From Fidelibacterota bacterium UBA2242 (GTDB taxonomy: Bacteria > Fidelibacterota > UBA2242): a stretch of 64,000 bases of DNA. The stretch's first letter is position 1; every line of letters starts with the position of its first letter. Below are positions 49,109 to 57,638 of the stretch, piece by piece. Where the stretch lies: the NCBI GenBank assembly GCA_002347855.1, contig DDYE01000002.1, forward strand, positions 166,045 to 230,044. The letters are read 5' to 3'. The notes beneath the pieces are model-generated. The model did not search any database, was not told where the DNA came from, and saw only the letters and a program-made list of their open reading frames with translations. The position numbers and the translations under genes are program-made.

Positions 49109-49879
49109 TTACTCCTTCCCGTTATTCCATTCGATAATACCTTCAAAAACTTTGCGCGTTGGTCCCTGCAGCCAAAAGGTTTCCTCGTCCTGCCAGATGC
49201 GTAGATCTCCGCCACGCGCTCTTAAAACGAGTGGTAAACTTTCACTAAAGAAAGTAAACAAAACACACGCTGCCGCTGTAGCGCCTGTACCGCAAGCAAA
49301 AGTTTCGCTTTCTACTCCTCGTTCATAGGTACGAATTTGCCAGCTGCCATCACTGAGTCGTTTGATAAAGTTGACATTTGCATCAAACTGGCGGCGTAGT
49401 TCAGGTGCCTGGACAATAAAGTCATCAGTGTTTTTTACAAAATAGACTAAGTGCGGTACTCCTGTATCAACAAGGTAAGCCTTATGACTACCTAGTGCGA
49501 TTGTTTGAATTGTGGCGGGTTTGTGGATTGAGACCGAAATACCAGACTCATCAATTTTCCCCCGATGGGAACCATCAGGTGCTGAGAAATAATATTCGCT
49601 TTTCATCACTAACCGCGAAGAATTGACATATAAAAGGGCTGCCCGCGCGCCATTGCCACACATCACTGGTCCAGAACCATCTGCATTGAAATATTGCATC
49701 ACAAAATCAAAATCATCAGCGGACTTTATGAAGATTAACCCATCGGCGCCAATTCCAAAATGACGGTCGCATAACGAACGAGCACAAGCACTGGGCTGAA
49801 TCTGATGAGAATAGTCATCCCTATTCAGTACTACGAAATCATTGCCAGCGGCCGTAATTTTCCAAAAACGAATCGTCAT
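49109..49879 (-). CDS. dapF: diaminopimelate epimerase
   Basis: FWKITAAGNDFVVL, plus the two catalytic Cys contexts MCGNGARA and FACGTGATA. Confidence 0.92.
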   Translation of the reverse strand: MTIRFWKITAAGNDFVVLNRDDYSHQIQPSACARSLCDRHFGIGADGLIFIKSADDFDFVMQYFNADGSGPVMCGNGARAALLYVNSSRLVMKSEYYFSAPDGSHRGKIDESGISVSIHKPATIQTIALGSHKAYLVDTGVPHLVYFVKNTDDFIVQAPELRRQFDANVNFIKRLSDGSWQIRTYERGVESETFACGTGATAAACVLFTFFSESLPLVLRARGGDLRIWQDEETFWLQGPTRKVFEGIIEWNNGKE

Positions 49880-51589
49880 TTAAAAATCCCAATCCACTTC
49901 GGCTGTTTCCCAGCGCGACCGTACATTGATTTGAGTGGGATAGGCTTGGTAAGCTTCTGCTGGTTGGTATGGAACTAATTTGCCATAATCGTACTGATTA
50001 TTGCCATTCCGATCGTGCCAGATGCTAAAAAGATATTTCCCGGGTAAAAGCTGTTCCAGGCGATAATTACCAAGGCTATCCAGCCGCGCTATCTCCCGAA
50101 AATTACCTTCCCCGACGAGATTTGCTTCCACAAAAACATTTTGCCAGAGTTCTGGTTGCTTTAGTCGCACTCTACCACTGACCGACCCGAATTTGTTCTC
50201 GTCAATGGTAGTAAATTTTATTGTGCGCAGGGAATCACGGAAGGCATTACCCGCCCAATCGTGCCATGCACTTAACAATAATTTGAGCGTGTAATTGGTT
50301 GCCGGACGCAAATTCTGCTGCGGTCGCAGCAGCAGGGAATTGCCGTCCAGCCATTGCAGTGACAAAGCACAGGAAACGGTATCGTTTTCAAAGAAAAAGA
50401 TTGTACGTGCCAAGCCTAAAGTATCAATCGGTTCATTAAAATCAATGCGGAGGATAGTCGTGCGGCTCTGGTCTTTGCTGTTATTAGGCGGGGTAGTGGC
50501 ACTTATTTGAGGAGCAACGGTGTCTATAACTGCTTTCCAGATTACTTTAGCCACTTGGGGTTCAATCAATTTAGTGCCATTAACTGCCCAAATATTTTCA
50601 ACCTGGATTTGATATTCTTGATTATTCTGTAGACCATTTACTAATAGATAGATTTGCTTGGGATTTTGCTCGGGACGCCAGGTACTGACTAACTTTGCAG
50701 CAGCAGAGGGAAAATTTATGGATGCTAGCCACAAACTATCCTCAGCCACGGCGTGTGAAAAATTCAGTTCTATAAAGCTACTGATGATATTGGCTGTCAG
50801 CAGTCTAAAAGGCTGAAGCGGCAGGTGTGTTAAGCGAAAGTTGACATTAGCCAGCTGACTTGTGCGATTCGGTAGAAATAATTCATCGAAGGCTGGCAGT
50901 GCGAGATAATCTTCTTCAGAAAGCGACCGCAAACGCGGGTTTGTCACTGCCAGGGCGCGATAACTGCCTGAAGGTAGATTGGTGAACTGATAATTGCCGC
51001 GGGCATCGGCTGTCGCAATAAAATCAGGCTCAGCTTTCAGCAGCGAATCTTGCCAGGCCGCGCCCTTACGGAAAAGGCAGACATATGCCTTGGTGTTCGG
51101 CGGTAGGTCATAAATGGTGCCACTTATTATGCCATCGTCGAGGGAATCGCCCGTAGCAAAAGCCAGTTTGATTTCCTGTGCGGTATTATTGCCCTGGTAA
51201 TCCTGCAACTGACGACCAAAATTGAAAAGATAGGTGCAACTGGGCTCCAGCTGTTCAGCTAATTCAATGCTAATTTTGCGGCGATTGACCTTGACGCGCG
51301 GTTTAGTTTTTAAACGTGGTGTTACCGTTAAATTGCCTTCCGCGGAGCGCGGCTCGATTGGTTCTGATAAAAGCAATTCTAAGTGAGGTCGTAGAGATAC
51401 ATTGACTGCACCATGGGGTGGATTGGTAGCGAGCAATTCCGGACCGGTTTTGTCTTCTGGTCCACCGCCTGGTCCACCCTGAGCCGCACAACCTGTCAGG
51501 TAGAGAGCCAATCCTATCAGGAAGAAGTTATCAGCCGCTAATTTTTTTAGAGATGGCGGAATTTGGGACAACATGGAAACGATTTTCAA
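49880..51589 (-). CDS. Ig-like-domain lipoprotein, function unknown
   Basis: Lipobox LALYLTGC. Repeated beta-sandwich-type segments. Two carboxypeptidase-regulatory-like stretches (ISGTIYDL...GNYQFTNLPSGSYRALAV; VSGRVRL...GNYRLEQLLPGKYLFSI). Its stop abuts the dapF start with no gap. Confidence 0.55.
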   Translation of the reverse strand: MKIVSMLSQIPPSLKKLAADNFFLIGLALYLTGCAAQGGPGGGPEDKTGPELLATNPPHGAVNVSLRPHLELLLSEPIEPRSAEGNLTVTPRLKTKPRVKVNRRKISIELAEQLEPSCTYLFNFGRQLQDYQGNNTAQEIKLAFATGDSLDDGIISGTIYDLPPNTKAYVCLFRKGAAWQDSLLKAEPDFIATADARGNYQFTNLPSGSYRALAVTNPRLRSLSEEDYLALPAFDELFLPNRTSQLANVNFRLTHLPLQPFRLLTANIISSFIELNFSHAVAEDSLWLASINFPSAAAKLVSTWRPEQNPKQIYLLVNGLQNNQEYQIQVENIWAVNGTKLIEPQVAKVIWKAVIDTVAPQISATTPPNNSKDQSRTTILRIDFNEPIDTLGLARTIFFFENDTVSCALSLQWLDGNSLLLRPQQNLRPATNYTLKLLLSAWHDWAGNAFRDSLRTIKFTTIDENKFGSVSGRVRLKQPELWQNVFVEANLVGEGNFREIARLDSLGNYRLEQLLPGKYLFSIWHDRNGNNQYDYGKLVPYQPAEAYQAYPTQINVRSRWETAEVDWDF

Positions 51590-51621
51590 GACAAGAACTT
51601 GTAAAGTGTTCCTGCCTGAGT

Positions 51622-52803
51622 TTAGATAATGGATAACTGTTTCCCTATCTGATAAAATTTTTCCAGGACATAATCCAATTGCTCTTGAGTATGAGTCGCA
51701 ATATAACTGGTGCGCAGGCGGGCAGAGTTGCTCGGAACTGCCGGGCTTATGACCGCATTGGTATAAATACCGGCGTCGAAGAGTGCTTTCCAGAACATAA
51801 AGGTCTTCATATCGTCGCCAATAACCACTGGAATTATCGGTGTCTCACTGGTGGATGTATCAAATCCCATGCGTTTGAATTCCCGACGCATATAATTTCC
51901 GATTTCAATTAAGCGCTGGCGTCTCTCCGGCTCGCTTTTAATGATCTGCAGAGCAGCGCGCGTTGAGGCTACGACACTCGGCGGCAGACTGGCAGTGAAA
52001 ATCATACTCCGGGCAAAATGCTTGATGTAGTCAATTACCGCAAAATCGCCCGCTACGAAGCCGCCTACTGCCCCAAATGATTTGGAGAAAGTACCCATGG
52101 TCAAATCTACTTCATTCGTCAAACCGAAGTGTGCCGCGGTACCATTGCCATTCGGACCAAGGACGCCAATCGAATGAGCGTCGTCAACCAGGATCCGAAT
52201 GCCACGCGGTTTGGTCAAGCGCACGACTTCGGGTAGCTTGGCAATATCACCTTCCATCGAGAAAACGCCGTCAACTACAAAGAAAGCAGCCGTTTTGTCG
52301 GGAATGGAATCGATGATTTTGGCTAATTCCGCCATGTCATTGTGTGGGTAGCGTAAAACTTTGGCACCTGAAAAACGACAACCGTCAATGATACTGGCAT
52401 GATTTAATTTGTCGCTAATGATAACATCGTGCTTCCCGGCTAAAGTCGAAATTGTTCCCATGTTGACCAGGTAACCATTGGAGAAAACGAGAGCGGCTTC
52501 CTTCCCCACAAAATCGGCTAATTCCTGCTCGAATTCCTCATGGATATCAAGAGTACCATTGAGAAAGCGGCTGCCAGTCCGTCCTGTTCCATAAGTTTCT
52601 AGGGCTTTTTTGGCAGCTTCAATCACCTTAGGATGGTGCGTCAAGCCTAAATAATTATTGGAACCAATCATTATTTTGGGCTGACCCTTATAAACCATGA
52701 CGGTATCGTCACCGCCTGAGAAGGGGATAAAGTAAGGATAATAGCCCTGCTCCCGAGCTATCTGGGCATCCTTGAACTCGTAGCATTTTGCAAACAGGTC
52801 CAT
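51622..52803 (-). CDS. alpha-oxoamine synthase family PLP enzyme, serine-palmitoyltransferase-like
   Basis: GYYPYFIPF N-terminus, GSNNYLGL, GSRFLNGT, DDAHS, and PLP-lysine motif GTFSKSFGAVGGF. I start it at the ATG at 52803 (AAGGAG 4 nt upstream), not at 52947. Confidence 0.85.
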   Translation of the reverse strand: MDLFAKCYEFKDAQIAREQGYYPYFIPFSGGDDTVMVYKGQPKIMIGSNNYLGLTHHPKVIEAAKKALETYGTGRTGSRFLNGTLDIHEEFEQELADFVGKEAALVFSNGYLVNMGTISTLAGKHDVIISDKLNHASIIDGCRFSGAKVLRYPHNDMAELAKIIDSIPDKTAAFFVVDGVFSMEGDIAKLPEVVRLTKPRGIRILVDDAHSIGVLGPNGNGTAAHFGLTNEVDLTMGTFSKSFGAVGGFVAGDFAVIDYIKHFARSMIFTASLPPSVVASTRAALQIIKSEPERRQRLIEIGNYMRREFKRMGFDTSTSETPIIPVVIGDDMKTFMFWKALFDAGIYTNAVISPAVPSNSARLRTSYIATHTQEQLDYVLEKFYQIGKQLSII

Positions 52804-53047
52804 ATTTCTCCTTTTTTCAAACTGTTTAAATTTAAACCGAGCTACTCGGAATTGCAAATTACCATTTCGCGATGTTTCCCATTCATGTTTATGATAGAGA
52901 CTGCCAATTCTTAATAAATATAGTTTGCCATTTATTACCGCTTTCATTTAAAATAAATAGAAGTATGAATTGCGTCTTTTTTCGGGAAATTAAATTAAAC
53001 CAGCATTTCTCTCTTTGATTTTATGAAAAATTTCAGTAATAAATGGC

Positions 53048-53896
53048 GTGACTCACTCAGATTTTAAATATTGGCTGCAAGAGATTGGTCTAAAGCCCGG
53101 GCAACATGTCCTGATGCATGCCAGTTATCGCCGCGTTAGAGATGTTTTTCCTAATTTGACCATTGAGGCTCTGCTGGCAACGCTTTGTCAGATTGTAACA
53201 GCAGAGGGTTCCTTAATCATGCCAACCTTTTCTTATTGCTTCAAGAAATCAGATGGTAGCCATGAAGTATATGATCCGCTGACAAGCCCCTCGAAAGTCG
53301 GCTCTATCAGTGAAGTCTTTCGCAAGTTGCCGGAGGTAGTAAGAACAGCATCGGCTACCCATTCTTTCGGTTTATGGGGCCAAATCACCGCGTTTATTAA
53401 TGCCGATAACCAGCCTGCCAGCCCCTTAGGTGCGGGAAGTGTTCTGGATTGGTTAGCGCATGTGCCCGAAAGTTATATCTTGATGCTGGGGACCGATTTT
53501 TCGGCACTTTCTTTTGGTCATTATTTGGAAATAAAAGCTGCCTTGCCATGGCTTGAAACGTCACCCTGGGAATATCTTAAAGTATTGCCAATTGGCGTGT
53601 CTGTCAGCGGTGAACAAGTATTACACCAGGTCCCCGGTTGCGCCAAATCTTTTGTCAATTTCGAGCGCTATCTATGCGTGCACCAGTTTATTTCCTACCA
53701 TTTCCGTGGCAGCTTACGCCTTGCTTTTCTGCCTGTAGCGACTGTTTTAAAAGTCGGCGAAGCCTATTTTCGACGTCATCCTGACCAACTTCTCTGTCCC
53801 TCAATGACTTGTATCGCCTGCGACACTCGCCGCCGAATGTATCTTAAGTCCTCTCAAAATTCCAGTCAAATAAACGAAAAGGTCGAATCATGCTAA
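53048..53896 (+). CDS. AAC(3)-family (Antibiotic_NAT fold) N-acetyltransferase-like protein
   Basis: LQEIGLKPGQHVLMHASYRRV, EGSLIMPTFSY and ASATHSFGLWG resemble the YokD/AAC(3) family. GTG start. C-terminal CPSMTCIACD cysteine cluster. Confidence 0.55.
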   Translation: MTHSDFKYWLQEIGLKPGQHVLMHASYRRVRDVFPNLTIEALLATLCQIVTAEGSLIMPTFSYCFKKSDGSHEVYDPLTSPSKVGSISEVFRKLPEVVRTASATHSFGLWGQITAFINADNQPASPLGAGSVLDWLAHVPESYILMLGTDFSALSFGHYLEIKAALPWLETSPWEYLKVLPIGVSVSGEQVLHQVPGCAKSFVNFERYLCVHQFISYHFRGSLRLAFLPVATVLKVGEAYFRRHPDQLLCPSMTCIACDTRRRMYLKSSQNSSQINEKVESC

Positions 53897-54663
53897 CCAA
53901 ATTAGAAATTGCAAAAAATTGGTTGCCCCGTTATACAGGCATGCCGCTGAACAAATTTGGCGAATATATTTTGCTTACCAATTTTCGCAATTATCTGGAT
54001 AATTTTTGTCAAATGTTCAATTGCGACCTTTATGGTGAGAACCGCGCCATGCAAGCCGCAACGAACAATGCTGGCTTGACCATAATTAATGCCGGAATTG
54101 GCTCACCCAATGCCGCCACTATCATGGACCTGCTGGTCGCTGTCCATCCCAAAGGTGTTCTTTTCCTTGGAAAATGCGGCGGTTTGAAAAAATCTACCGA
54201 AATTGGTCATTTCATTTTGCCAATCGCTGCCATCCGCGGTGAAGGCACCAGCCTGGATTATTATCCGCCTGAAGTACCCGCCCTTCCCTCCTTTAAGCTA
54301 CATAAGTTCGTTTCCGATATCATTGTGCGTAAGGGGTTAGAATACCGCACCGGTGTCGTCTATACTACTAATCGACGCGTCTGGGAACATGACGAAGCCT
54401 TTCACGCCCGCCTGCGAATGCTGACCTGCATTGCGATTGATATGGAGACCGCGACCATTTTTATCGTCGGGCACCATAACGAAATCTCGCGCGGCGCCCT
54501 GCTACTTGTTTCGGATGTACCGATAACTGCAGAAGGCGTAAAAACCGAGGAATCCGATAAGCAGGTGACTGCCGAATGGTCAAAAATTCATCTCCAAATT
54601 GGAATCGAAGCTATGACGGAAATCGGTGATAAAGGCGAACCCATTAAACATTTCCGCTACTAA
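53890..54663 (+). CDS. nucleoside phosphorylase-fold protein (AMP nucleosidase-like, PNP_UDP_1 family)
   Basis: GIGSPNAATIMDLLVAVHPKGVLFLGKCGGL and IAIDMETATIF. It overlaps the upstream gene by 7 nt. Confidence 0.7.
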   Translation: MLTKLEIAKNWLPRYTGMPLNKFGEYILLTNFRNYLDNFCQMFNCDLYGENRAMQAATNNAGLTIINAGIGSPNAATIMDLLVAVHPKGVLFLGKCGGLKKSTEIGHFILPIAAIRGEGTSLDYYPPEVPALPSFKLHKFVSDIIVRKGLEYRTGVVYTTNRRVWEHDEAFHARLRMLTCIAIDMETATIFIVGHHNEISRGALLLVSDVPITAEGVKTEESDKQVTAEWSKIHLQIGIEAMTEIGDKGEPIKHFRY

Positions 54664-54689
54664 TTGGGCAATAAGGCAAAGGGAGCATA

Positions 54690-56384
54690 ATGATAAAATT
54701 TCGACGGCAATTGCTTATCATGTTTATTCTGGTTGGCATCAATTTGGGTATCAGTAAAGGTAGCGAAATCCCTGTAACTGTCACTGACCCAGTTTATGGC
54801 TTCCTCAGACGGATGGAAACGCGGGCTATGCTGAGCGCATACAACGACGCGGTCTTGCCGCTATCGCGTTCTTATATCGCTGCTTGTTTGCAGCAGATTC
54901 AACAACATGAGCCCAGCCTTTCTACTCTCGAACGCAAAATTCTGAAAGAGTTTCTCGCTGATTATCGGATGGAACTCACTGAGCAACGCCACCCAGACCT
55001 CGATTCTTATCAGAGTGTTGCTCATCCTTTCCAGAACTGGTCTGTTTTCAATAAGAGGTTATTTGCTATTTTCGACCGCAAGCCGGAACAGGAAGCAAAA
55101 CACCTGGTCGTTTTTGAAGAGGGTAAAAACTTTATTTGGGCTGATTTTGCCGCCCTTGTCCGATCAGAGACTAAAAACAACGCAACTCGCGTGGTCAACG
55201 CCGACCAGTATTTTCTTCAGGGTGATTGGGCAAGACATTTCGCTTATGCTATGTATGCCGCTCGTTATCGCCGGAGCTGGAATCCCGCCTTTGATGATAA
55301 ATTTTTAGAAGAGCGCAATACCTGGGGAATGTATCAGCCTGATAGTCTTTATACCTACGACCTGAATTTCACAGCGTTGATCTATTACAACACTTTTTTA
55401 AAATTAGGGTTGTATAATCAACCAGTGCTTTGGGGCTATAGCCAGCAGCACAACCTGATTCTTTCGGCTAATCCGCCCGTTTTTCCTTACATTGGAATGC
55501 AGGCTCAGATAAAGTCCATTCGCTTTTCATTTCTACACGCTGATCTTTTGAATGACAGCACTCAATTCAGAAGTGCACCCGCAGCTGTTCGTAACCGCTC
55601 GAAGTACTTAGCCGTGCAAAGGGTTGACATTCCCTTCTGGCGGGGAAAATTGTGGTTGGGCTACTCTGGAATGGTCGTATATGGTGACCGCAATAAAGAG
55701 TTGGCTTATCTGATTCCAGTTAATTTTTTCTGGATTACGGGACATGTGCAGCAGGATCGCGATAATTCCCTGATGGCTTTTGACTGTAAGGTCAAGCTGT
55801 TTCCTAACGCTACCCTTTATGGTACCATTTTGTTTGATGAATTACGGTTCAGTGAACTCGGCCGCCACTGGTGGGCAAATAAGTACGGTCTACAGGGTGG
55901 AGTTCGCTGGGCAACCAATCTGTTCACCTTGCCAATCAACCTGAATTGCGAATTCACGGCGGTGCGTCCGTGGGTTTATACCCACAAAACACTAACAACC
56001 AATTACACCAACAACTCTTTTTGCCTTGGGTTTCCGTACGGAGCAAATGCTCAGGTTTTTTTCATAGAGGGCAATGCCTATTTAACCTCACGATTGAATT
56101 TTGCCCTGAGTTATTCTCATATCAGGCAGGGTTGCGATGAAAACGGCACCTACTATGGCGGTGATGTGACCATTAATTATGAACAGCGCGACCATCTTTA
56201 TGACCACGCTACGAAATGGTTGATGGGACCGATTCGTACTACGCGGCGCATTTATGGTAGGCTTGACTACGAGCTCTTTAACGACAGTCATTTAACGAGT
56301 GAATTAATGATTATAGACAGCAGCTTTAAGCATAAACGCACTTGTGATACCTTTTTAACGCTTGGTTTGCAAATAGATATTTGA
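54690..56384 (+). CDS. outer-membrane protein, possibly capsule-assembly Wzi-like
   Basis: Signal peptide. N-terminal helical DPVYGFLRRMETRAML...LPLSRSYIAACL resembles the Wzi N-terminus as I recall it. Long beta-rich remainder ending LTLGLQIDI. Confidence 0.4.
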   Translation: MIKFRRQLLIMFILVGINLGISKGSEIPVTVTDPVYGFLRRMETRAMLSAYNDAVLPLSRSYIAACLQQIQQHEPSLSTLERKILKEFLADYRMELTEQRHPDLDSYQSVAHPFQNWSVFNKRLFAIFDRKPEQEAKHLVVFEEGKNFIWADFAALVRSETKNNATRVVNADQYFLQGDWARHFAYAMYAARYRRSWNPAFDDKFLEERNTWGMYQPDSLYTYDLNFTALIYYNTFLKLGLYNQPVLWGYSQQHNLILSANPPVFPYIGMQAQIKSIRFSFLHADLLNDSTQFRSAPAAVRNRSKYLAVQRVDIPFWRGKLWLGYSGMVVYGDRNKELAYLIPVNFFWITGHVQQDRDNSLMAFDCKVKLFPNATLYGTILFDELRFSELGRHWWANKYGLQGGVRWATNLFTLPINLNCEFTAVRPWVYTHKTLTTNYTNNSFCLGFPYGANAQVFFIEGNAYLTSRLNFALSYSHIRQGCDENGTYYGGDVTINYEQRDHLYDHATKWLMGPIRTTRRIYGRLDYELFNDSHLTSELMIIDSSFKHKRTCDTFLTLGLQIDI

Positions 56385-57466
56385 TTATGCCTATCGTTTT
56401 AATTTTTATCCTTGCGGCTGGCTATTACTTTTTAATGGTAATCATTGCCTGGACTGTCAAGCACCTCAAGTCGCGATCCGCGTGCACCGATTTGACCATT
56501 TCGGTGGTAGTAGCAGCGCGCAACGAAGAAGCGGTCATCGCCGATCTGCTTGATAGTTTAGCCCAATGCGATTATCCCACTGAACGCTGGGAAGTAATTT
56601 TAGTAGATGATGATTCTACTGATGCCACTCGTGCCATAATGCAAAATTATGCTGCGCGCTTTGCCAACTGGCGCATGCTGCATCACTCTAAAAGTCCTGA
56701 GTCACCCCGTGGCAAGAAAGGTGCTCTGACACTCGGAATATCTCAAGCCAGGGGCGAGATAGTTCTGACAACCGATGCTGATTGCCGCGTGCCACCAACC
56801 TGGATAAAGAGCATGGTGGGCTATTTCTCACCTGAGGTGGGTATGGTTCTCGGCAATTCACCAGTCGAACCAGCACGCGGATTTTTTCCCATGCTGCAAC
56901 AATTTGATAGTGTCTGTGAAGCGACGACTGCCGCCGTTAGCGCTTTTTACAATCGCCCCAGCCATTCGAATGGCCGCAATCTGGCTTTCCGTAAAGTCGC
57001 TTTTGAGGAGGTTGGAGGTTATTCAGAAAGTGCCAGGCTAAGTAGCGGCGATGATTTTTTCCTTTCGCGGCAGATTCAGATGCGAACTTCCTGGAAATTT
57101 GCCTATAATATAGATTCTACCAGTTTTGTCACGACTCGCGTCACGCCTCTCGGCAGAAGATTCATTCACCAGCAGCTACGGCGGAATGGCAAAGCTTTTT
57201 ACCTTACACCATTGCACTTTCTTATTGCTGCCTGGATATTTTTATTCCACCTTAGCCTGGTTATATCCCTTTTTATCAGCATAAAAATGTTACTGGCGCT
57301 TTTAATGCTGAAATTCGTCTTCGAATACCATGCTTTTCAGCGGGGAGCGCATCTGTTTAAACAGACTCACCTGCTGCCCTACTTTCCCGTGTTTTGGGTG
57401 GTCTATCCGCTGTTTATCATTGGTTTTGCCGTGCTGGGAACCCTGCAAAAATACGGCTGGAAATGA
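56381..57466 (+). CDS. membrane-anchored glycosyltransferase family 2 protein
   Basis: N-terminal TM, ISVVVAARNEE, VILVDDDSTD, TTDADCRV, HQQLRRNGK (QxxRW-like position), and C-terminal TM helices. ATGA-type 4-nt overlap with the upstream gene. Confidence 0.8.
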   Translation: MIMPIVLIFILAAGYYFLMVIIAWTVKHLKSRSACTDLTISVVVAARNEEAVIADLLDSLAQCDYPTERWEVILVDDDSTDATRAIMQNYAARFANWRMLHHSKSPESPRGKKGALTLGISQARGEIVLTTDADCRVPPTWIKSMVGYFSPEVGMVLGNSPVEPARGFFPMLQQFDSVCEATTAAVSAFYNRPSHSNGRNLAFRKVAFEEVGGYSESARLSSGDDFFLSRQIQMRTSWKFAYNIDSTSFVTTRVTPLGRRFIHQQLRRNGKAFYLTPLHFLIAAWIFLFHLSLVISLFISIKMLLALLMLKFVFEYHAFQRGAHLFKQTHLLPYFPVFWVVYPLFIIGFAVLGTLQKYGWK

Positions 57467-57490
57467 AGTAATTATTGGTGTTAAGTAGTG

Positions 57491-57565
57491 TGGGCACTGG
57501 CAGGCTCGAACTGCCGACCTCCTGCTTGTAAGGCAGGCGCTCTGGACCAACTGAGCTAAGCGCCC
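57491..57565 (-). tRNA. tRNA-Val (anticodon TAC)
   Basis: The minus strand reads GGGCGCT-TA-GCTC-AGTTGGTCCA-GAGC-G-CCTGC-CTTACAA-GCAGG-AGGTC-GGCAG-TTCGAGC-CTGCC-AGTGCCC-A. This folds as a 75-nt cloverleaf with a 7-bp acceptor stem and a T-loop TTCGAGC. No CCA is encoded. Confidence 0.9.
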
Positions 57566-57638
57566 TGTAGAATAGTTTAATTACTACTTAAACTCTTAAA
57601 AAGCGTATAAATTTAACCAATCGCTGGCAACTACATAG

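Noticed and set aside
49105-49215. 37-codon N-terminal extension of the mannose-1-phosphate guanylyltransferase ORF
   Set aside because: It overlaps the 3' end of dapF by 107 nt. The internal ATG at 49104 gives the canonical MYAVIIAGG start and has AAGGAG 7 nt upstream.
52804-52947. 48-codon N-terminal extension of the alpha-oxoamine synthase ORF
   Set aside because: The extension (MKAVINGKLYLLRIG...) has no counterpart in this enzyme family. The ATG at 52803 is preceded by AAGGAG and yields a family-typical length of about 393 aa.
53048-53896. AAC(3)-like gene as an acquired aminoglycoside-resistance determinant
   Set aside because: There is no integrase, transposase, repeat or compositional break nearby. 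The gene is translationally coupled to a metabolic-looking neighbour. Chromosomal YokD-like members of this fold are common and usually not resistance genes.
57302-57550. 82-aa minus-strand ORF
   Set aside because: It runs through the tRNA-Val gene and the 3' end of the GT2 gene, so it is an artefact of ORF calling.
57566-57638. Spacer between lon and tRNA-Val, considered for a terminator or processing element
   Set aside because: It is AT-rich with no stable hairpin that I could fold. The tRNA may have its own promoter or be co-transcribed with lon, and this cannot be decided from sequence alone.
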